A DNA stretch of 64,000 nucleotides, from NCBI GenBank assembly GCA_003696075.1, contig RFHH01000137.1, positions 1,161 to 65,160 on the forward strand. The letters run 5' to 3'. Shown here in pieces: positions 48,326-58,852 of the stretch; within the stretch, counting starts at the first letter, position 1, and every line of letters begins with the position of its first letter. Source of the stretch: Acidobacteriota bacterium. Lineage in GTDB: Bacteria; Acidobacteriota; Polarisedimenticolia; J045. Both the position numbers and the translations under genes were made by a program. The notes below the pieces were generated by a model. The model searched no databases. It was not told the DNA's origin and saw nothing but the letters and a program-made list of their open reading frames with translations.

Positions 48326-50227
48326 ATGTCGAAGATCATCGGAATCGACCTCGGGACCACCAACTCGGTGGTGGCCGTGATGGAAGGTGGAAAACCGACG
48401 GTGATCGCGAACGCGGAGGGGGGCCGGACGACGCCTTCCGTGGTCGCCTTCACCGACAAGGGCGAGCGTCTCGTCGGCCAGGTGGCCAAGCGCCAGGCCG
48501 TCACCAACCCCGCCCGGACCGTGTTCTCGATCAAGCGCTTCATGGGTCGGAAATTCGCGGAGGTGAAGGAAGAGGCGGAGCGCGTCCCTTACAAGGTCGT
48601 CGAGGCCGCCAACGGCGACGCCCGGGTGGAGATCGACGGCAAGCAGTACGCCCCGCCGGAGATCTCCGCGATGGTGCTGCAGAAGCTGAAGCAGGACGCG
48701 GAGGCCTACCTCGGGCACTCCGTCGACCGCGCGGTCATCACCGTGCCCGCGTACTTCAACGACGCGCAGCGGCAGGCGACCAAGGACGCCGGCCAGATCG
48801 CCGGCCTGAAGGTGGAACGCCTCGTCAACGAGCCCACCGCCGCCGCCCTCGCCTACGGCCTGGACAAGAAGAAGGACGAGAAGATCGCCGTGTTCGACTT
48901 CGGCGGCGGCACCTTCGACATCTCGATTCTCGAGGTGGGCGAGGGGGTCGTCGAGGTCAAGGCCACCAACGGTGACACGCATCTCGGAGGCGACGACATC
49001 GATCAGCGGGTCATCGAGTGGATCGTCGCGGAGTTCAAGAAGGAGCAGGGGATCGATCTCAGCGGCGACGCCATGGCCCTCCAGCGGCTCAAGGAAGCCG
49101 CCGAGAAGGCCAAGTGCGAGCTCTCCACCGCCCAGGAGACCGAGATCAACCTGCCCTTCATCACCGCGGACGCTTCCGGGCCCAAGCACCTGGTGATGAA
49201 GCTGACCCGCTCGCGGTTCGAGCAGCTCATCGAGGATCTCGTGGAGCGGACGATGGAGCCGTGCCGCCAGGCTCTGAAGGACGCCGGCCTGACCGCGTCC
49301 GATATCGACGAAGTGGTGCTCGTCGGCGGATCGACGCGGATTCCCCTCGTGCAGCGGAAGGTGAAGGAGTTCTTCGGCAAGGAGCCGCACAAGGGAGTCA
49401 ATCCCGACGAGGTGGTGGCGGTCGGGGCCGCCGTGCAGGCCGGCGTGCTCGCGGGCGAGGTGAAGGACGTCCTCCTCCTCGACGTCACGCCGCTGTCGCT
49501 GGGCATCGAGACGCTCGGCGGAGTCATGACGACGCTCATCCCCCGCAACACGACGATCCCGACGCGGAAATCGGAGATCTTCTCCACGGCCAGCGACAAC
49601 CAGACCGAGGTCGAGATCCACGTGTTGCAGGGCGAGCGTCCGATGGCGCGGGACAACAAGACCATCGGCCGGTTCCGCCTCACGGGCATCCCGCCGGCTC
49701 CGCGCGGAATCCCTCAGATCGAGGTCGCCTTCGATATCGACGCGAACGGCATCCTGCACGTCTCCGCCAAGGACAAGGCGACCGGCCGCGAGCAGAAGAT
49801 CACCATCCAGGCCTCCTCGGGCCTCGAGCAGAGCGAGATCGAGCGGATGATCAAGGAGGCCGAGGCCCACGCCGAGGAGGATCGGCGCCGCAAGGAGCAG
49901 GTCGAGGCGAGGAACCGGCTCGACAACCTCGTCTGGAACATGGAGAAGACGCTCAAGGACGCCGCGGACAAGCTGCCCGCCGACCTGAAAGGGGAGGCGG
50001 AGAGCGCCGTGGCCGAGGCGAAGGAGGTCCTCGAGAAGGAGGACGCCGGACGGATCGCCTCGGCGACCGACCGGCTGACCCAGGTGGGGCAGAAGGTCGC
50101 GGAGCATCTGTACCGGCAGGCCGGCGCCGGCGCGGGTTCCGCCGGGACCCAGGAAGGTGGCGGGGGCGGCAACGGCGAGCAGGTCGTCGACGCGGAGGTC
50201 GTGGACGACTCCGGCTCGAGCCATTAA
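48326..50227 (+). CDS. dnaK: Chaperone DnaK (Hsp70)
   Basis: [32 protein letters not shown] and the C-terminal EEVD-like tail. 633 aa. Confidence 0.97.
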   Translation: MSKIIGIDLGTTNSVVAVMEGGKPTVIANAEGGRTTPSVVAFTDKGERLVGQVAKRQAVTNPARTVFSIKRFMGRKFAEVKEEAERVPYKVVEAANGDARVEIDGKQYAPPEISAMVLQKLKQDAEAYLGHSVDRAVITVPAYFNDAQRQATKDAGQIAGLKVERLVNEPTAAALAYGLDKKKDEKIAVFDFGGGTFDISILEVGEGVVEVKATNGDTHLGGDDIDQRVIEWIVAEFKKEQGIDLSGDAMALQRLKEAAEKAKCELSTAQETEINLPFITADASGPKHLVMKLTRSRFEQLIEDLVERTMEPCRQALKDAGLTASDIDEVVLVGGSTRIPLVQRKVKEFFGKEPHKGVNPDEVVAVGAAVQAGVLAGEVKDVLLLDVTPLSLGIETLGGVMTTLIPRNTTIPTRKSEIFSTASDNQTEVEIHVLQGERPMARDNKTIGRFRLTGIPPAPRGIPQIEVAFDIDANGILHVSAKDKATGREQKITIQASSGLEQSEIERMIKEAEAHAEEDRRRKEQVEARNRLDNLVWNMEKTLKDAADKLPADLKGEAESAVAEAKEVLEKEDAGRIASATDRLTQVGQKVAEHLYRQAGAGAGSAGTQEGGGGGNGEQVVDAEVVDDSGSSH

Positions 50228-50251
50228 CGTTAGGTTTGCCTTCCGGCGGCG

Positions 50252-50280
50252 GAGGGCGGCGCCTCGCGCCGCCCTCTTTC
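50252..50280 (+). terminator. Rho-independent terminator downstream of dnaK
   Basis: GAGGGCGGCGC-ctc-GCGCCGCCCTC (11-bp stem) followed by TTTC. Confidence 0.6.
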
Positions 50281-50322
50281 GCGCCGGGGCGTCCGCCCGC
50301 GCGCCGGGCGGGGGAGGCGGCG

Positions 50323-50748
50323 GTGAAGAGCTGGGACCCCTTCGCGGACCTCCTGACCATCCAGGACCGCATGAACAAGCTGTTCGAGCACCTCCTGTCG
50401 GCTCCCGTCTCCGCGGAGGTGGCCGACGGGGACGCCGGGTACTGGCGTCCGGTGGCGGAGGTCGCGCGCGGCCCCGAGCACGTCGAGATCTCCTGCGAGC
50501 TGGCAGGTCTATCCCGGGACGACGTCGAGCTGCACGCCGAGGGCAACGTGCTCGTCGTGGCCGGGACGCGGAATCGAGCGGGGGACGAGTCCTGGACCTA
50601 CCATCAGGTGGAGCGGCCCCACGGGCACTTCCTCCGGAAGTTCGAGCTCCCGGAGCCGGTCGACCTCTCCTCCGTGGAGACAGCCCTCGAAGACGGCCTC
50701 CTCCGCATCCGGATCCCGCTCCGCGCCGCCGCGCCCGCGCCCCGCTGA
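50323..50748 (+). CDS. Hsp20/alpha-crystallin family small heat-shock protein
   Basis: WDPFADL N-terminus and an alpha-crystallin domain ending in the GLLRIRIP motif. GTG start with a GGGGGAGG RBS. Confidence 0.85.
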   Translation: MKSWDPFADLLTIQDRMNKLFEHLLSAPVSAEVADGDAGYWRPVAEVARGPEHVEISCELAGLSRDDVELHAEGNVLVVAGTRNRAGDESWTYHQVERPHGHFLRKFELPEPVDLSSVETALEDGLLRIRIPLRAAAPAPR

Positions 50749-50811
50749 GGCGGTCGCGCCCACCGGCGGACCCCGGCGGACACCCGCGGGGCGATCCGGA
50801 GCTGGCCTATT

Positions 50812-50817
50812 TATAAT
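50812..50817 (+). promoter_or_regulatory. TATAAT -10 box with GC-rich discriminator (TATAATCCCCGG) upstream of the rpoH-like gene
   Basis: A perfect -10 hexamer about 110 nt upstream of the ATG. No clear -35. The same TATAATCCCCG string occurs at 19323. Confidence 0.4.
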
Positions 50818-50925
50818 CCCCGGCGCCGGCCGATAAGGAGAGAGCGGACCGCGTCCGGCGGTCCGGCTCGCCGCCGCCCGGTGTGAAGGAGCCCGGCCGC
50901 ACGGCGGTGCGACGAGGGAGGGTGC

Positions 50926-51807
50926 ATGCCGGACGAGTTCACCGGGGAGAAGACCGAGCGTCGCAAGCGTGACCAGGGCTCGCCCGAATCGCTGAAGAAG
51001 TACCTCAAGGAGATCGCGAAGCTCCCGCGGATCAGCGTCCAGGAGGAGCGCGAGCTCGGCCGGCGGATCCGCGAACACGGCGACACGGAGGCGCTCAAGA
51101 AGCTGGTCGAGGCGAACCTCAGATTCGTCGTGTCCTTCGCCAAGCGCTATCGCGGCTGCGGCCTGTCGTTCCTCGACCTGATCAACGAGGGGAACGTGGG
51201 GCTGATCGAGGCTGCGAAACGCTACGATCCGTCCAAGAACGTCAAGTTCATCACGTACGCGGTCTGGTGGATCCGCCAGTCGATCATCCACGCGCTGTCC
51301 GATCAGAGCGGACCGTTCAGGCTCCCGCAGAAACAGGCCAACCTGCTGTACCGGATCGGGAAGACCCAGTCCGCCCTGATGTCGGAGCTCCAGCGGCGCC
51401 CGTCCGTCGAGGAGATCGCCGAAGCGATGGACGTCGACCCGAAGGACGTCAACACGCTCCTGCAGGTCTCGGACGAGAACATCTCCCTCTCGGCGGTCAT
51501 CGACGAAGAGCACGAGTTCCACTTGTCGGACAAGCTCGAGCAGGAGACGATACCGTCGGCGGATGCGGTGCTGATGCGGGAGGCGCTCCGGACCCAGGTC
51601 CGGCAGGCTCTCGCGGAGCTCGACGAGAAGGAGCGCAAGGTGGTGCTCCTCAGGTTCGGGCTCACGGGGGAGGAGCCGAAGACGCTGAAGGAGATCGGCG
51701 AGATGATGAACCTCTCACGGGAGAGGATCCGGCAGATCGAGGCGCAGGCGCTGAAGAAGCTCAACCGCTCGGCCAAGTGCCAGCAGCTCCAGAGCTACCT
51801 CAACTGA
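50926..51807 (+). CDS. rpoH: Sigma-70 family RNA polymerase sigma factor, sigma-32 (RpoH)-like
   Basis: Region 2 is present ([42 protein letters not shown]). An RpoH-box-like segment [14 protein letters not shown] follows, and region 4 reads [17 protein letters not shown]. 293 aa, with no region 1.1. Confidence 0.75.
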   Translation: MPDEFTGEKTERRKRDQGSPESLKKYLKEIAKLPRISVQEERELGRRIREHGDTEALKKLVEANLRFVVSFAKRYRGCGLSFLDLINEGNVGLIEAAKRYDPSKNVKFITYAVWWIRQSIIHALSDQSGPFRLPQKQANLLYRIGKTQSALMSELQRRPSVEEIAEAMDVDPKDVNTLLQVSDENISLSAVIDEEHEFHLSDKLEQETIPSADAVLMREALRTQVRQALAELDEKERKVVLLRFGLTGEEPKTLKEIGEMMNLSRERIRQIEAQALKKLNRSAKCQQLQSYLN

Positions 51808-51808
51808 C

Positions 51809-52534
51809 ATGGCCGGGGGCGGTCCGGACGCCGGATCCTGCACGCTCTGCGGCGGGACCGGCTTCGTCGTCGAGCGCTCGGAAGACGCGGCGGTGGCGCA
51901 ACCCTGCCGTTGCCGGCGCCTTCTGGCGGACGCGCGCCGGCGCGCCGGTGTCGGCATACCTCGCCGCTACGAGCACTGCACCCTCGATCAATTCGACCCT
52001 CTCAACGATTCGCTCCGCACCGCCTTGGCCTACGCCCGCCGCGTGGTCGAGTCGTTTCCGGGTTCCGACTTCGGCCTCCTCTTCACCGGCCCGTGCGGCG
52101 TGGGGAAAACCCACCTCGCCGTGGCGGTGCTCCGGGAACTCGTCGAGCACCGGGGTGCCAGGGGGCTCTTCGCCGAGGTCGGCGACCTGTTGCGGCGACT
52201 GGTGGAGACCTATGACCGCCGGTCGCAGGTTCCGAGCTGGGAGGTTCTCGAGCCCGCCCTCGAGGCCGACGTGCTGCTGCTGGACGATCTCGGGGCGACC
52301 CGGATGACGCCCTGGATGCAGGACACGGTCGGCCTGATCATCAACGAGCGGTACAACGAAGAGCGCCTCACCCTCATCACGACGAACCGGCCGATGTCCT
52401 CCGGCCCCGAGCGGGAATCGCTGGCGGATCGCATCGGGGAGCGGCTCGCCTCGCGCCTGACGGAGATGTGCGTGACGGTCCGCATGGAGGGGGAGGACTT
52501 CCGCCGCAAGATCAAGGCCGCCGAGTTCCGGTGA
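51809..52534 (+). CDS. DnaC/DnaI/IstB-family AAA+ ATPase with N-terminal zinc-ribbon (putative helicase loader)
   Basis: Walker A GPCGVGKTHLAVA, Walker B VLLLDDLGA and sensor LITTN. The N-terminal CTLCGGTG...CRC zinc module resembles DnaI. Starts 1 nt after the rpoH-like stop. Confidence 0.7.
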   Translation: MAGGGPDAGSCTLCGGTGFVVERSEDAAVAQPCRCRRLLADARRRAGVGIPRRYEHCTLDQFDPLNDSLRTALAYARRVVESFPGSDFGLLFTGPCGVGKTHLAVAVLRELVEHRGARGLFAEVGDLLRRLVETYDRRSQVPSWEVLEPALEADVLLLDDLGATRMTPWMQDTVGLIINERYNEERLTLITTNRPMSSGPERESLADRIGERLASRLTEMCVTVRMEGEDFRRKIKAAEFR

Positions 52535-52606
52535 GCCGGGCGGGGCGGCGGCCGAGCCGGGCTCCGCGCTATCCTGAGCGGGCGGTGATGCCGCGGGAGG
52601 AATGCC

Positions 52607-53383
52607 ATGCCCGAACCGCTCGTGCTCCGCACCGACGAAGACGGTGTGACGACGCTGACGATCAACCGCCCGGACAAGCTGAACGCCCTGGACAGCCGGG
52701 TCATCCGGGAACTGGTCCAGGCGTTCCGGGACGCGGGGGAAGAGGAGAGCGTCCGCGGCCTGGTGGTGACCGGGGCGGGGGAGAAGGCCTTCGTCGCCGG
52801 CGCCGACATCGCCGAGATGGCCGGACTCTCGCCCGAGCAGGCGCGCGCCTTCGCCGCCGAGGGCCAGCGCCTCGGCCGGATCATCGACGAAACGGGCAAG
52901 CCGGTGGTCGCCGCCGTCAACGGCTACGCCCTGGGAGGCGGCTGCGAGCTGGCCCTCGCCTGCCATCTCAGGGTCGCCTCGCCGAAGGCCCGCTTCGGGC
53001 AGCCGGAGGTCGGTCTCGGGCTCATCCCCGGGTTCGGCGGCACCCAGCGCCTGGCGCGGCTCGTGGGGGAGGGTCGTGCCCTTCAGATGATCCTCACGGG
53101 CCGCCCGATCGACGCTTCGACCGCCCACGCGTGGGGGCTGGTCAACGAGGTCGCCGAGGATCCGGTGGCCCGCGCGAAGGAACTCGTCCGGGAGATCGCC
53201 GGGAAAGGGCCCCTGGCGGTCCGCCTCTGCATCGAGGCCGTCCGCCACGGCCTGGACATGCCGCTCCCCGAGGCCCTGGCCTACGAGGCGGCGTTGTTCG
53301 GGGTCACGTTCGGCACGGAGGACATGCGGGAAGGGACCCGGGCCTTCCTCGAAAAGCGCCCCGCGCGATTCCAGGGCCGCTGA
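52607..53383 (+). CDS. Enoyl-CoA hydratase (crotonase family)
   Basis: Oxyanion-hole motifs FVAGADI and GYALGGGCELALACHLRVAS, and the catalytic Glu in GQPEV. Confidence 0.88.
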   Translation: MPEPLVLRTDEDGVTTLTINRPDKLNALDSRVIRELVQAFRDAGEEESVRGLVVTGAGEKAFVAGADIAEMAGLSPEQARAFAAEGQRLGRIIDETGKPVVAAVNGYALGGGCELALACHLRVASPKARFGQPEVGLGLIPGFGGTQRLARLVGEGRALQMILTGRPIDASTAHAWGLVNEVAEDPVARAKELVREIAGKGPLAVRLCIEAVRHGLDMPLPEALAYEAALFGVTFGTEDMREGTRAFLEKRPARFQGR

Positions 53384-53420
53384 GGCACGGACCCGGCGCG
53401 GGACGCGGGCGGGAACCGCC

Positions 53421-55370
53421 GTGAACGGGCGCCGCCGCTCCTGGCTCGTCATCGCCGCCGCCCTCCTCGCGGTCTCGGCGGCAGGACTCTACGAAACGCT
53501 ACGGAAGCGGCCGCCGGCGGCGCCACCGGTCGAGAGCGCGCCGCCGGCCGATCCGGGCGAGGTCGAGCGGATCGAGGGCGGCCTGACCTGGGTGGCGAGT
53601 CGGGAAGGACGGCCCCTGTTCGAGCTCTCGGCCGGCACGCTCCGGGCGCGGGAGGGGGGTGTCCGCTTCTTCGACGAGGTGCGCCGGCTCCGCGCTTATC
53701 TCGAGGACGGCAGGGCCGTCGACCTGCGCGCGCGGAGGGGCCGCGTGGAGGACCGGGGCCGGCGAGGCTTCCTGATCACCCTTTCCGGGGACGTCGAGGT
53801 CCGCGATCCCGATCGGCTGACCCTGCGGACCGCCCGACTGGTCTACGACGCCGACACGCGGGTCCTCAGCTCACCCGAACCGGCGACGATCAGAGGGCAG
53901 CGGATCCTCGCGCGGGTCGGTGGCTTCGTGTACCGGCCGGACGGAAGAGTGGTCGAGACGGACCGCGGCCTGATCGTCGACAGCTGGAGCGGACGTCCCC
54001 TCCACATCGAAGCGTCCCGCGCCCGCTATCGGATCGCGACCGGCGAGGTGGTGTTCGACGGGCCCTTCCGCGTCGGCGACCGGGACCGGTGGCTGCTGGG
54101 CGGGCCCTCGACGCTGCCGCTCGACGCCGAAGAGTCGGGGGAGACCGTCCGGATCGGCGGCCCGGTCCTCCTCTCCGACGCGAGCGGCGGCGCCACGGCC
54201 CAGCTCGCCGCACCGGAGCTGACGGTCACCCCGGATCGGGAGGCGCCGCGCCGCGCGGCCGCCGGCGATCCGGTGAGCGTGTTGTACCGGCCCTCCTCGG
54301 CCGGCGCCGCCGGCTCCGCCTCCTTCGGGCGGCTCGAAGCCGAGGAGGGCGCCGAACCCGGCACCTGGCGGCTTTCGGGCCGATCGTGGTTCGAACTTCG
54401 GGGTCAGGAACCGGGCGCGGAGTGGAGGGTCGCCGGAGACCGGTTCACCGCCGAGCGCGGTCCGGCGGGCCGCTGGCGCCGCATCGCCGCCCGCGGGACG
54501 GTGTCGGTGAGCGGCCCCGACCGTCTCGCCGCTCGGGGAGACGAACTGCTGTGGGAGGCGGAGCGGCCGGACACGGTCACGCTGACCGGCTCGCCGGCCC
54601 GCGCGTCCCAGGGTGAAGACGTGGTGGAAGCGCCCCGCTTCCTCCTCGACCGCGCCTCGGGCCAAGTGACGGCCGAGGGCGGAGCGCTCACCGAGGTCCG
54701 GTCGATCGCCCGCCGGCCGGACACGCTCCTGGGCGCCTCCGGCGGCGAGCCGGCCAGGGTGCGCTCGCGGCGGGTGACGTTTCCGCGGGGATCGGGCCCC
54801 GTCCTGTTCGAGGAAGAGGTCCAGGCCTGGTTCGGCACGACCTCCCTGCGCGCGGCGCGCCTATCCGTCGACCGGGCGGCGGAGCGCCTGCACGCGGCCG
54901 GCGATGTGGTGTTGAGACTCGAGCGCACCGTGGAAGGAGGCCCGGCCCGCACCGTTCGCGTCAGCGGCGCCACGCTCGACTACGAATCGAGGCGCCGCCG
55001 GGCGGTCGTCGAAGGCGCGGCCCGGTACGAAGAGGAGGAGGCGATCGTCCAGGCCGACCGGATCGCCGTGGACCTCGACGAAGAGGGGGCGATCGCGCAC
55101 CTGGAGGCTTCCGGCTCCGCCACTTTGGCCATGGGCCGGGCGCGAGGCCGGGCGGACCGCCTGGTGTGGAAGGGAGGCGCCTCGGGGATCGTGATCCTGG
55201 TCGGGGAGCGCGGTCCCGCAGAACTGGAAACACCGGAGCAGGGCGTGCTGCGCACGCGGCGGGTGCGGTACGATCTCTCCCGCCGGACCGCGGTGGCCGA
55301 GAGCGGCGCGGGACGCGGCGTGATCGAAGCGTCGCCCGCGACCGGGCGAGAGGACGAGGAGCGCCGGTGA
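53421..55370 (+). CDS. Large LptC/LptA (OstA)-like periplasmic lipopolysaccharide-transport protein with N-terminal membrane anchor
   Basis: A single N-terminal TM, then repeated OstA-like beta-jellyroll segments. It lies immediately upstream of lptB and is translationally coupled to it. At 649 aa it is far larger than canonical LptC or LptA. Confidence 0.55.
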   Translation: MNGRRRSWLVIAAALLAVSAAGLYETLRKRPPAAPPVESAPPADPGEVERIEGGLTWVASREGRPLFELSAGTLRAREGGVRFFDEVRRLRAYLEDGRAVDLRARRGRVEDRGRRGFLITLSGDVEVRDPDRLTLRTARLVYDADTRVLSSPEPATIRGQRILARVGGFVYRPDGRVVETDRGLIVDSWSGRPLHIEASRARYRIATGEVVFDGPFRVGDRDRWLLGGPSTLPLDAEESGETVRIGGPVLLSDASGGATAQLAAPELTVTPDREAPRRAAAGDPVSVLYRPSSAGAAGSASFGRLEAEEGAEPGTWRLSGRSWFELRGQEPGAEWRVAGDRFTAERGPAGRWRRIAARGTVSVSGPDRLAARGDELLWEAERPDTVTLTGSPARASQGEDVVEAPRFLLDRASGQVTAEGGALTEVRSIARRPDTLLGASGGEPARVRSRRVTFPRGSGPVLFEEEVQAWFGTTSLRAARLSVDRAAERLHAAGDVVLRLERTVEGGPARTVRVSGATLDYESRRRRAVVEGAARYEEEEAIVQADRIAVDLDEEGAIAHLEASGSATLAMGRARGRADRLVWKGGASGIVILVGERGPAELETPEQGVLRTRRVRYDLSRRTAVAESGAGRGVIEASPATGREDEERR

Positions 55371-56146
55371 CGATCGAAACGCGGGTCCCGGCGGGAACCG
55401 AGGCGCGCCCGAAGGCGGGCGCGGCGGTTCTCGAGGCGGCGGGACTGTCGAAAGCCTTCCGCGGTCACCGGATCGTCGACGGCGTGAGCCTCCGAGTGGC
55501 TGCGGGCGAGATCGTGGGCCTTCTCGGGCCCAACGGTGCCGGGAAGACCACCACGTTCGCGATGCTCGTGGGCCTGCTCGATCCGGATGCCGGACGGATC
55601 TGCCTTTCGGGACAGGACATCACGCCGTTGCCCCTTCACCGCCGGGCGCTCGCCGGCATCGCCTATCTTCCGCAAGAACCGAGCGTGTTCCGCCGGCTCA
55701 GCGTGCGGGGGAATCTCGAACTGGTCCTCGAAGCGCTCGGACACGACGAAGACGAGATCTGCGAGCGGGCCCAGCAGCTCATGCACGAATTCGGGCTGTC
55801 GCATCTCGCGGAACGACCCGCCTACCTGCTCTCCGGCGGCGAACGGCGCCGCTGTGAAATCGCGCGTGCGATGGCGATCCGGCCCAAGTTCATGCTGCTC
55901 GACGAACCGTTCGCGGGAATCGATCCGATCGCGGTGGCCGATATCCAGAGGATCGTCCGGCGACTCGCGGGGGAGGGCATCGGCGTTCTGATCACCGATC
56001 ACAACGTCCGGGAGACATTGCAGATAACCGACCGCGCTTATATTATCAATGCGGGTCGGATCTTCCGTGCCGGCTCGCCGAGCGAGTTGGCCGAAGACGA
56101 GGAAGTCCGATCCGTGTACCTCGGGGAGGATTTCCGATTGGGCTGA
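55367..56146 (+). CDS. lptB: LPS export ABC transporter ATP-binding protein
   Basis: Walker [13 protein letters not shown] signature LSGGERRR, Walker B LLDEP and the LptB-specific C-terminal YLGEDF. Confidence 0.92.
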   Translation: MTIETRVPAGTEARPKAGAAVLEAAGLSKAFRGHRIVDGVSLRVAAGEIVGLLGPNGAGKTTTFAMLVGLLDPDAGRICLSGQDITPLPLHRRALAGIAYLPQEPSVFRRLSVRGNLELVLEALGHDEDEICERAQQLMHEFGLSHLAERPAYLLSGGERRRCEIARAMAIRPKFMLLDEPFAGIDPIAVADIQRIVRRLAGEGIGVLITDHNVRETLQITDRAYIINAGRIFRAGSPSELAEDEEVRSVYLGEDFRLG

Positions 56147-56257
56147 TGCGGGCGGCCTCCTGCGGACGCCGGCTCGGGCGGCCCGGGATCCCGGCGGCGG
56201 AGCCAAGCTCCGGACGCGTCGGCGCTCGGGGAGCGACATGGGCGCACTGGGGCGTTG

Positions 56258-57709
56258 ATGCCTAGTCTCGAACAAAAGCTCCAGGTCGGGCTCCGGCAAA
56301 AGCTGATCATGACGCCCCAGCTGCAGCAGGCGATCCGCCTGCTCCAGCTGAGCAAGCTCGAGCTGCAGGGGGAGATCAGCCAGGAACTGGAGAACAACCC
56401 CGCGCTGGAGGAAGCGGGGACGCGAACGGAGATGACGTCCGACGAGGCGTCGGACACCCCCGAGCGCGAGGTCACCGCCGGCGAGGATGCCGAGCGGGAT
56501 CCCGACGACATCGATTACGCCTCCTTCTTCCAGGACCTCGAGGACACGTTCCAGCCCGTGCGGGGCGCGCGGGAGGTCCCCAACGACGAGCTGCCTCCCT
56601 ACGAGCAGATCCTCAGGGGGCAAGACCACCTCTCGGACCATCTCCTGTGGCAGCTCGAGATGGGCTCGCTGCGCGGGCGGGAGCGCACCATCGGCGAAGC
56701 CATCGTCGGCAACCTGGACGAGAAGGGATATCTGGAGGCGACCGCCGAAGAGATCGCCGCGATGGCTCCCGAAGGGCAGACCTGGACCGTCGAGGAGGTC
56801 GAGCGGGTCCGCCGGCACATTCAGAGATTCGACCCGGTCGGCGTCGCGAGCCGGGACCTTCGCGAGTGCCTTTTGGTCCAGCTCGAGGTGGCGGGCCTCG
56901 CGGATTCGCCCGCGTGGCGCATCGTGCACGACCACCTCGGATTGCTCGAAAGCCGTCGCTACGACACTCTCGCGAAGGAGCTGGGAATCGACGAGGAGGA
57001 GCTCGAGGAGGCCCTCGACGTCATCCGGCAGCTCGACCCGCGCCCCGGGGAGAAGTACAACCCCCAGACGACGACCTACATCACGCCGGATGTCTACGTC
57101 ATCAAGGACGGCGACGACTACCGCGTCATCCTCAACGAGGACGGCCTGCCCCGGCTCCGCATCTCTCCCGCCTACAAGCGGCTGCTGGCCCAGGCGACCG
57201 ACGAGACGATCGACGCCAAGACGCGCCATTTCGTCCGGGAGAAGCTGAAGGCGGCGTTCCGCCTCATCCGGAGCCTCGACGAGCGGCAGCGGACGATCGG
57301 CAAGGTGGCCAAGAGCATCGTCAAATTCCAGCGCGCCTTCCTCGATCACGGTATCGAGCACATTCGACCGCTCGTGCTCCGCGACGTGGCCGAGGACATC
57401 AAGATGCACGAGTCCACGGTCAGCCGCGTCGTGAACAACAAGTACATCCACACGCCGCGCGGCCTGTTCGAGATGCGCTTCTTCTTCCACAGCGGGATCG
57501 CGTCGTCCGGAGGCGGCGCCGTCTCGTCGCTGACCGTGAAGGAGAAGATCAAGCGCCTGGTCAGCGAGGAGGACCCGAAGAAGCCCCTCAGCGATCAGGC
57601 TATCGCCGAGTTGCTGCGCCGGGAGGGACTGAAGATCGCGCGCCGGACCGTGGCCAAGTACAGGGAGGAGCTCCGCATACCGCCGTCCACCCAACGGCGC
57701 GCGCGTTGA
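56258..57709 (+). CDS. rpoN: RNA polymerase sigma-54 factor
   Basis: N-terminal LxLxQxLxxxPQLQQAIRLLQLS (activator-interacting region I) and the C-terminal RpoN box ARRTVAKYRE. Confidence 0.95.
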   Translation: MPSLEQKLQVGLRQKLIMTPQLQQAIRLLQLSKLELQGEISQELENNPALEEAGTRTEMTSDEASDTPEREVTAGEDAERDPDDIDYASFFQDLEDTFQPVRGAREVPNDELPPYEQILRGQDHLSDHLLWQLEMGSLRGRERTIGEAIVGNLDEKGYLEATAEEIAAMAPEGQTWTVEEVERVRRHIQRFDPVGVASRDLRECLLVQLEVAGLADSPAWRIVHDHLGLLESRRYDTLAKELGIDEEELEEALDVIRQLDPRPGEKYNPQTTTYITPDVYVIKDGDDYRVILNEDGLPRLRISPAYKRLLAQATDETIDAKTRHFVREKLKAAFRLIRSLDERQRTIGKVAKSIVKFQRAFLDHGIEHIRPLVLRDVAEDIKMHESTVSRVVNNKYIHTPRGLFEMRFFFHSGIASSGGGAVSSLTVKEKIKRLVSEEDPKKPLSDQAIAELLRREGLKIARRTVAKYREELRIPPSTQRRAR

Positions 57710-57800
57710 CCCGTGTCGCGCCCGCGTCGTGCCATGACGGCACCGCCCGGCGGGGCGGCCGCCGTCGACCCGAGTTGGTGCCTCTTGTCGGAGGGAGAGC

Positions 57801-58157
57801 ATGACGATCGATATCACCGGTCGGCATCTTGAATTGACCCCAGCGCTCCGGGAACACGCGGAGGAGAAGATCTCGAAGCTCGGTCGGCTGGTCGAGGACC
57901 TGGATATTCACGTGACCCTGGCGGCCGAGAAGCACCGCTACACCTGCACCATCGTCGCCCGCGGCCGGACCGGGGTTCATACCGGGGAAACGACGGGCGA
58001 CGATCTGTACGCCACCATCCACGAAGCCGTGGACGTCCTCGCGCGGCGGCTGCGCAAGAACAAGACATCGAGGCTTTCCGACCGGCGCGAAGGCGCGCCC
58101 ACCATCCGCCGTCTGGAGGAGGCGGAACCCACGACGGCCGAGGGCGGCCAGGCGTGA
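57801..58157 (+). CDS. hpf: Ribosome hibernation promoting factor (sigma-54 modulation protein family)
   Basis: MTIDITGRHLELTPALREHAEEKISKL is the YfiA/HPF signature, and the gene sits downstream of rpoN. Confidence 0.9.
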   Translation: MTIDITGRHLELTPALREHAEEKISKLGRLVEDLDIHVTLAAEKHRYTCTIVARGRTGVHTGETTGDDLYATIHEAVDVLARRLRKNKTSRLSDRREGAPTIRRLEEAEPTTAEGGQA

Positions 58158-58164
58158 CCCGACG

Positions 58165-58755
58165 GTGCCCTCCCCGGACCGCCAGCTGAACGCGGCGGCC
58201 GAGGCGCCCGGCCCCTGGCGCGTCTGGCTCGACGTGCCCCCGGACTGGACCGCCGACGCCGCCGGGGTCGAACGGGCGCTGGAACGGCTCGCCGACTGGC
58301 CGGGGGTCGCGGCCGCCCGGGGCGAGCTCGGCGGGTTGGCGCTCGAGATCGCGCTCGCCGCCGATCTGATCGTCGTGGATCCGGGGACCCGCCTGCGGGG
58401 TCCGGGTTCCCCTCACCGCCTCGCCGGGACCCCGGGCCGCCTCGCCGACCGCCTCGGCTGGGGGCAGGCGGTCGGCTTCTGGCTCGACGGCCGCGGCTGG
58501 TCGGCCCGGCGGGCGGCCACCCGCGGCCTGGTCGACGCCGTGTCCGGCGATCCCGTCGGCTATGCCGAGCGCTGCCTCGAACGGTGGTCGGCGGCGGGAC
58601 CGGCGCTCCCCGCCCTGCGCCGGCTGCTCCGCGCAGGCGGCCGGCTGGACGAGAGCGCGGCCCTGGCGCTCGAGCGGGCCGAGTTCGCGCTCCTGTTCTC
58701 CCACGAGGACCCGAAGGCCGCCGCCCGCGCCTTTCTCGCGCGCCGCCGGCGGTGA
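58165..58755 (+). CDS. Truncated/degenerate crotonase-fold (enoyl-CoA hydratase-like) protein
   Basis: Retains only the C-terminal half of the ECH fold ([42 protein letters not shown]). The N-terminal substrate-binding part is missing. GTG start. Confidence 0.5.
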   Translation: MPSPDRQLNAAAEAPGPWRVWLDVPPDWTADAAGVERALERLADWPGVAAARGELGGLALEIALAADLIVVDPGTRLRGPGSPHRLAGTPGRLADRLGWGQAVGFWLDGRGWSARRAATRGLVDAVSGDPVGYAERCLERWSAAGPALPALRRLLRAGGRLDESAALALERAEFALLFSHEDPKAAARAFLARRRR

Positions 58756-58852
58756 CGCGGCCGGACGGCGCGCGGCCTCCGCGGTATCCTTCGCGGAGGC
58801 CGCCCCCGCGGGCCGGCGCAGGTCGGCGGCCGTTTCCGCGAAAGGACAGGAG

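Noticed and set aside
51809-52534. IstB-like ATPase as evidence of an IS21-family mobile element
   Set aside because: There is no IstA transposase partner and no terminal inverted repeats or target duplications nearby. The gene is coupled to a sigma factor gene and carries an N-terminal zinc module absent from IstB, so a DnaC/DnaI-like cellular function is more likely.
56025-56055. AT-rich patch CGCTTATATTATCAATG inside the lptB 3' end, possibly an internal rpoN promoter
   Set aside because: The AT richness is fully explained by the conserved LptB residues A-Y-I-I-N-A, whose codons are intrinsically AT-rich. There is no matching -35, and it lies 220 nt from the rpoN start.
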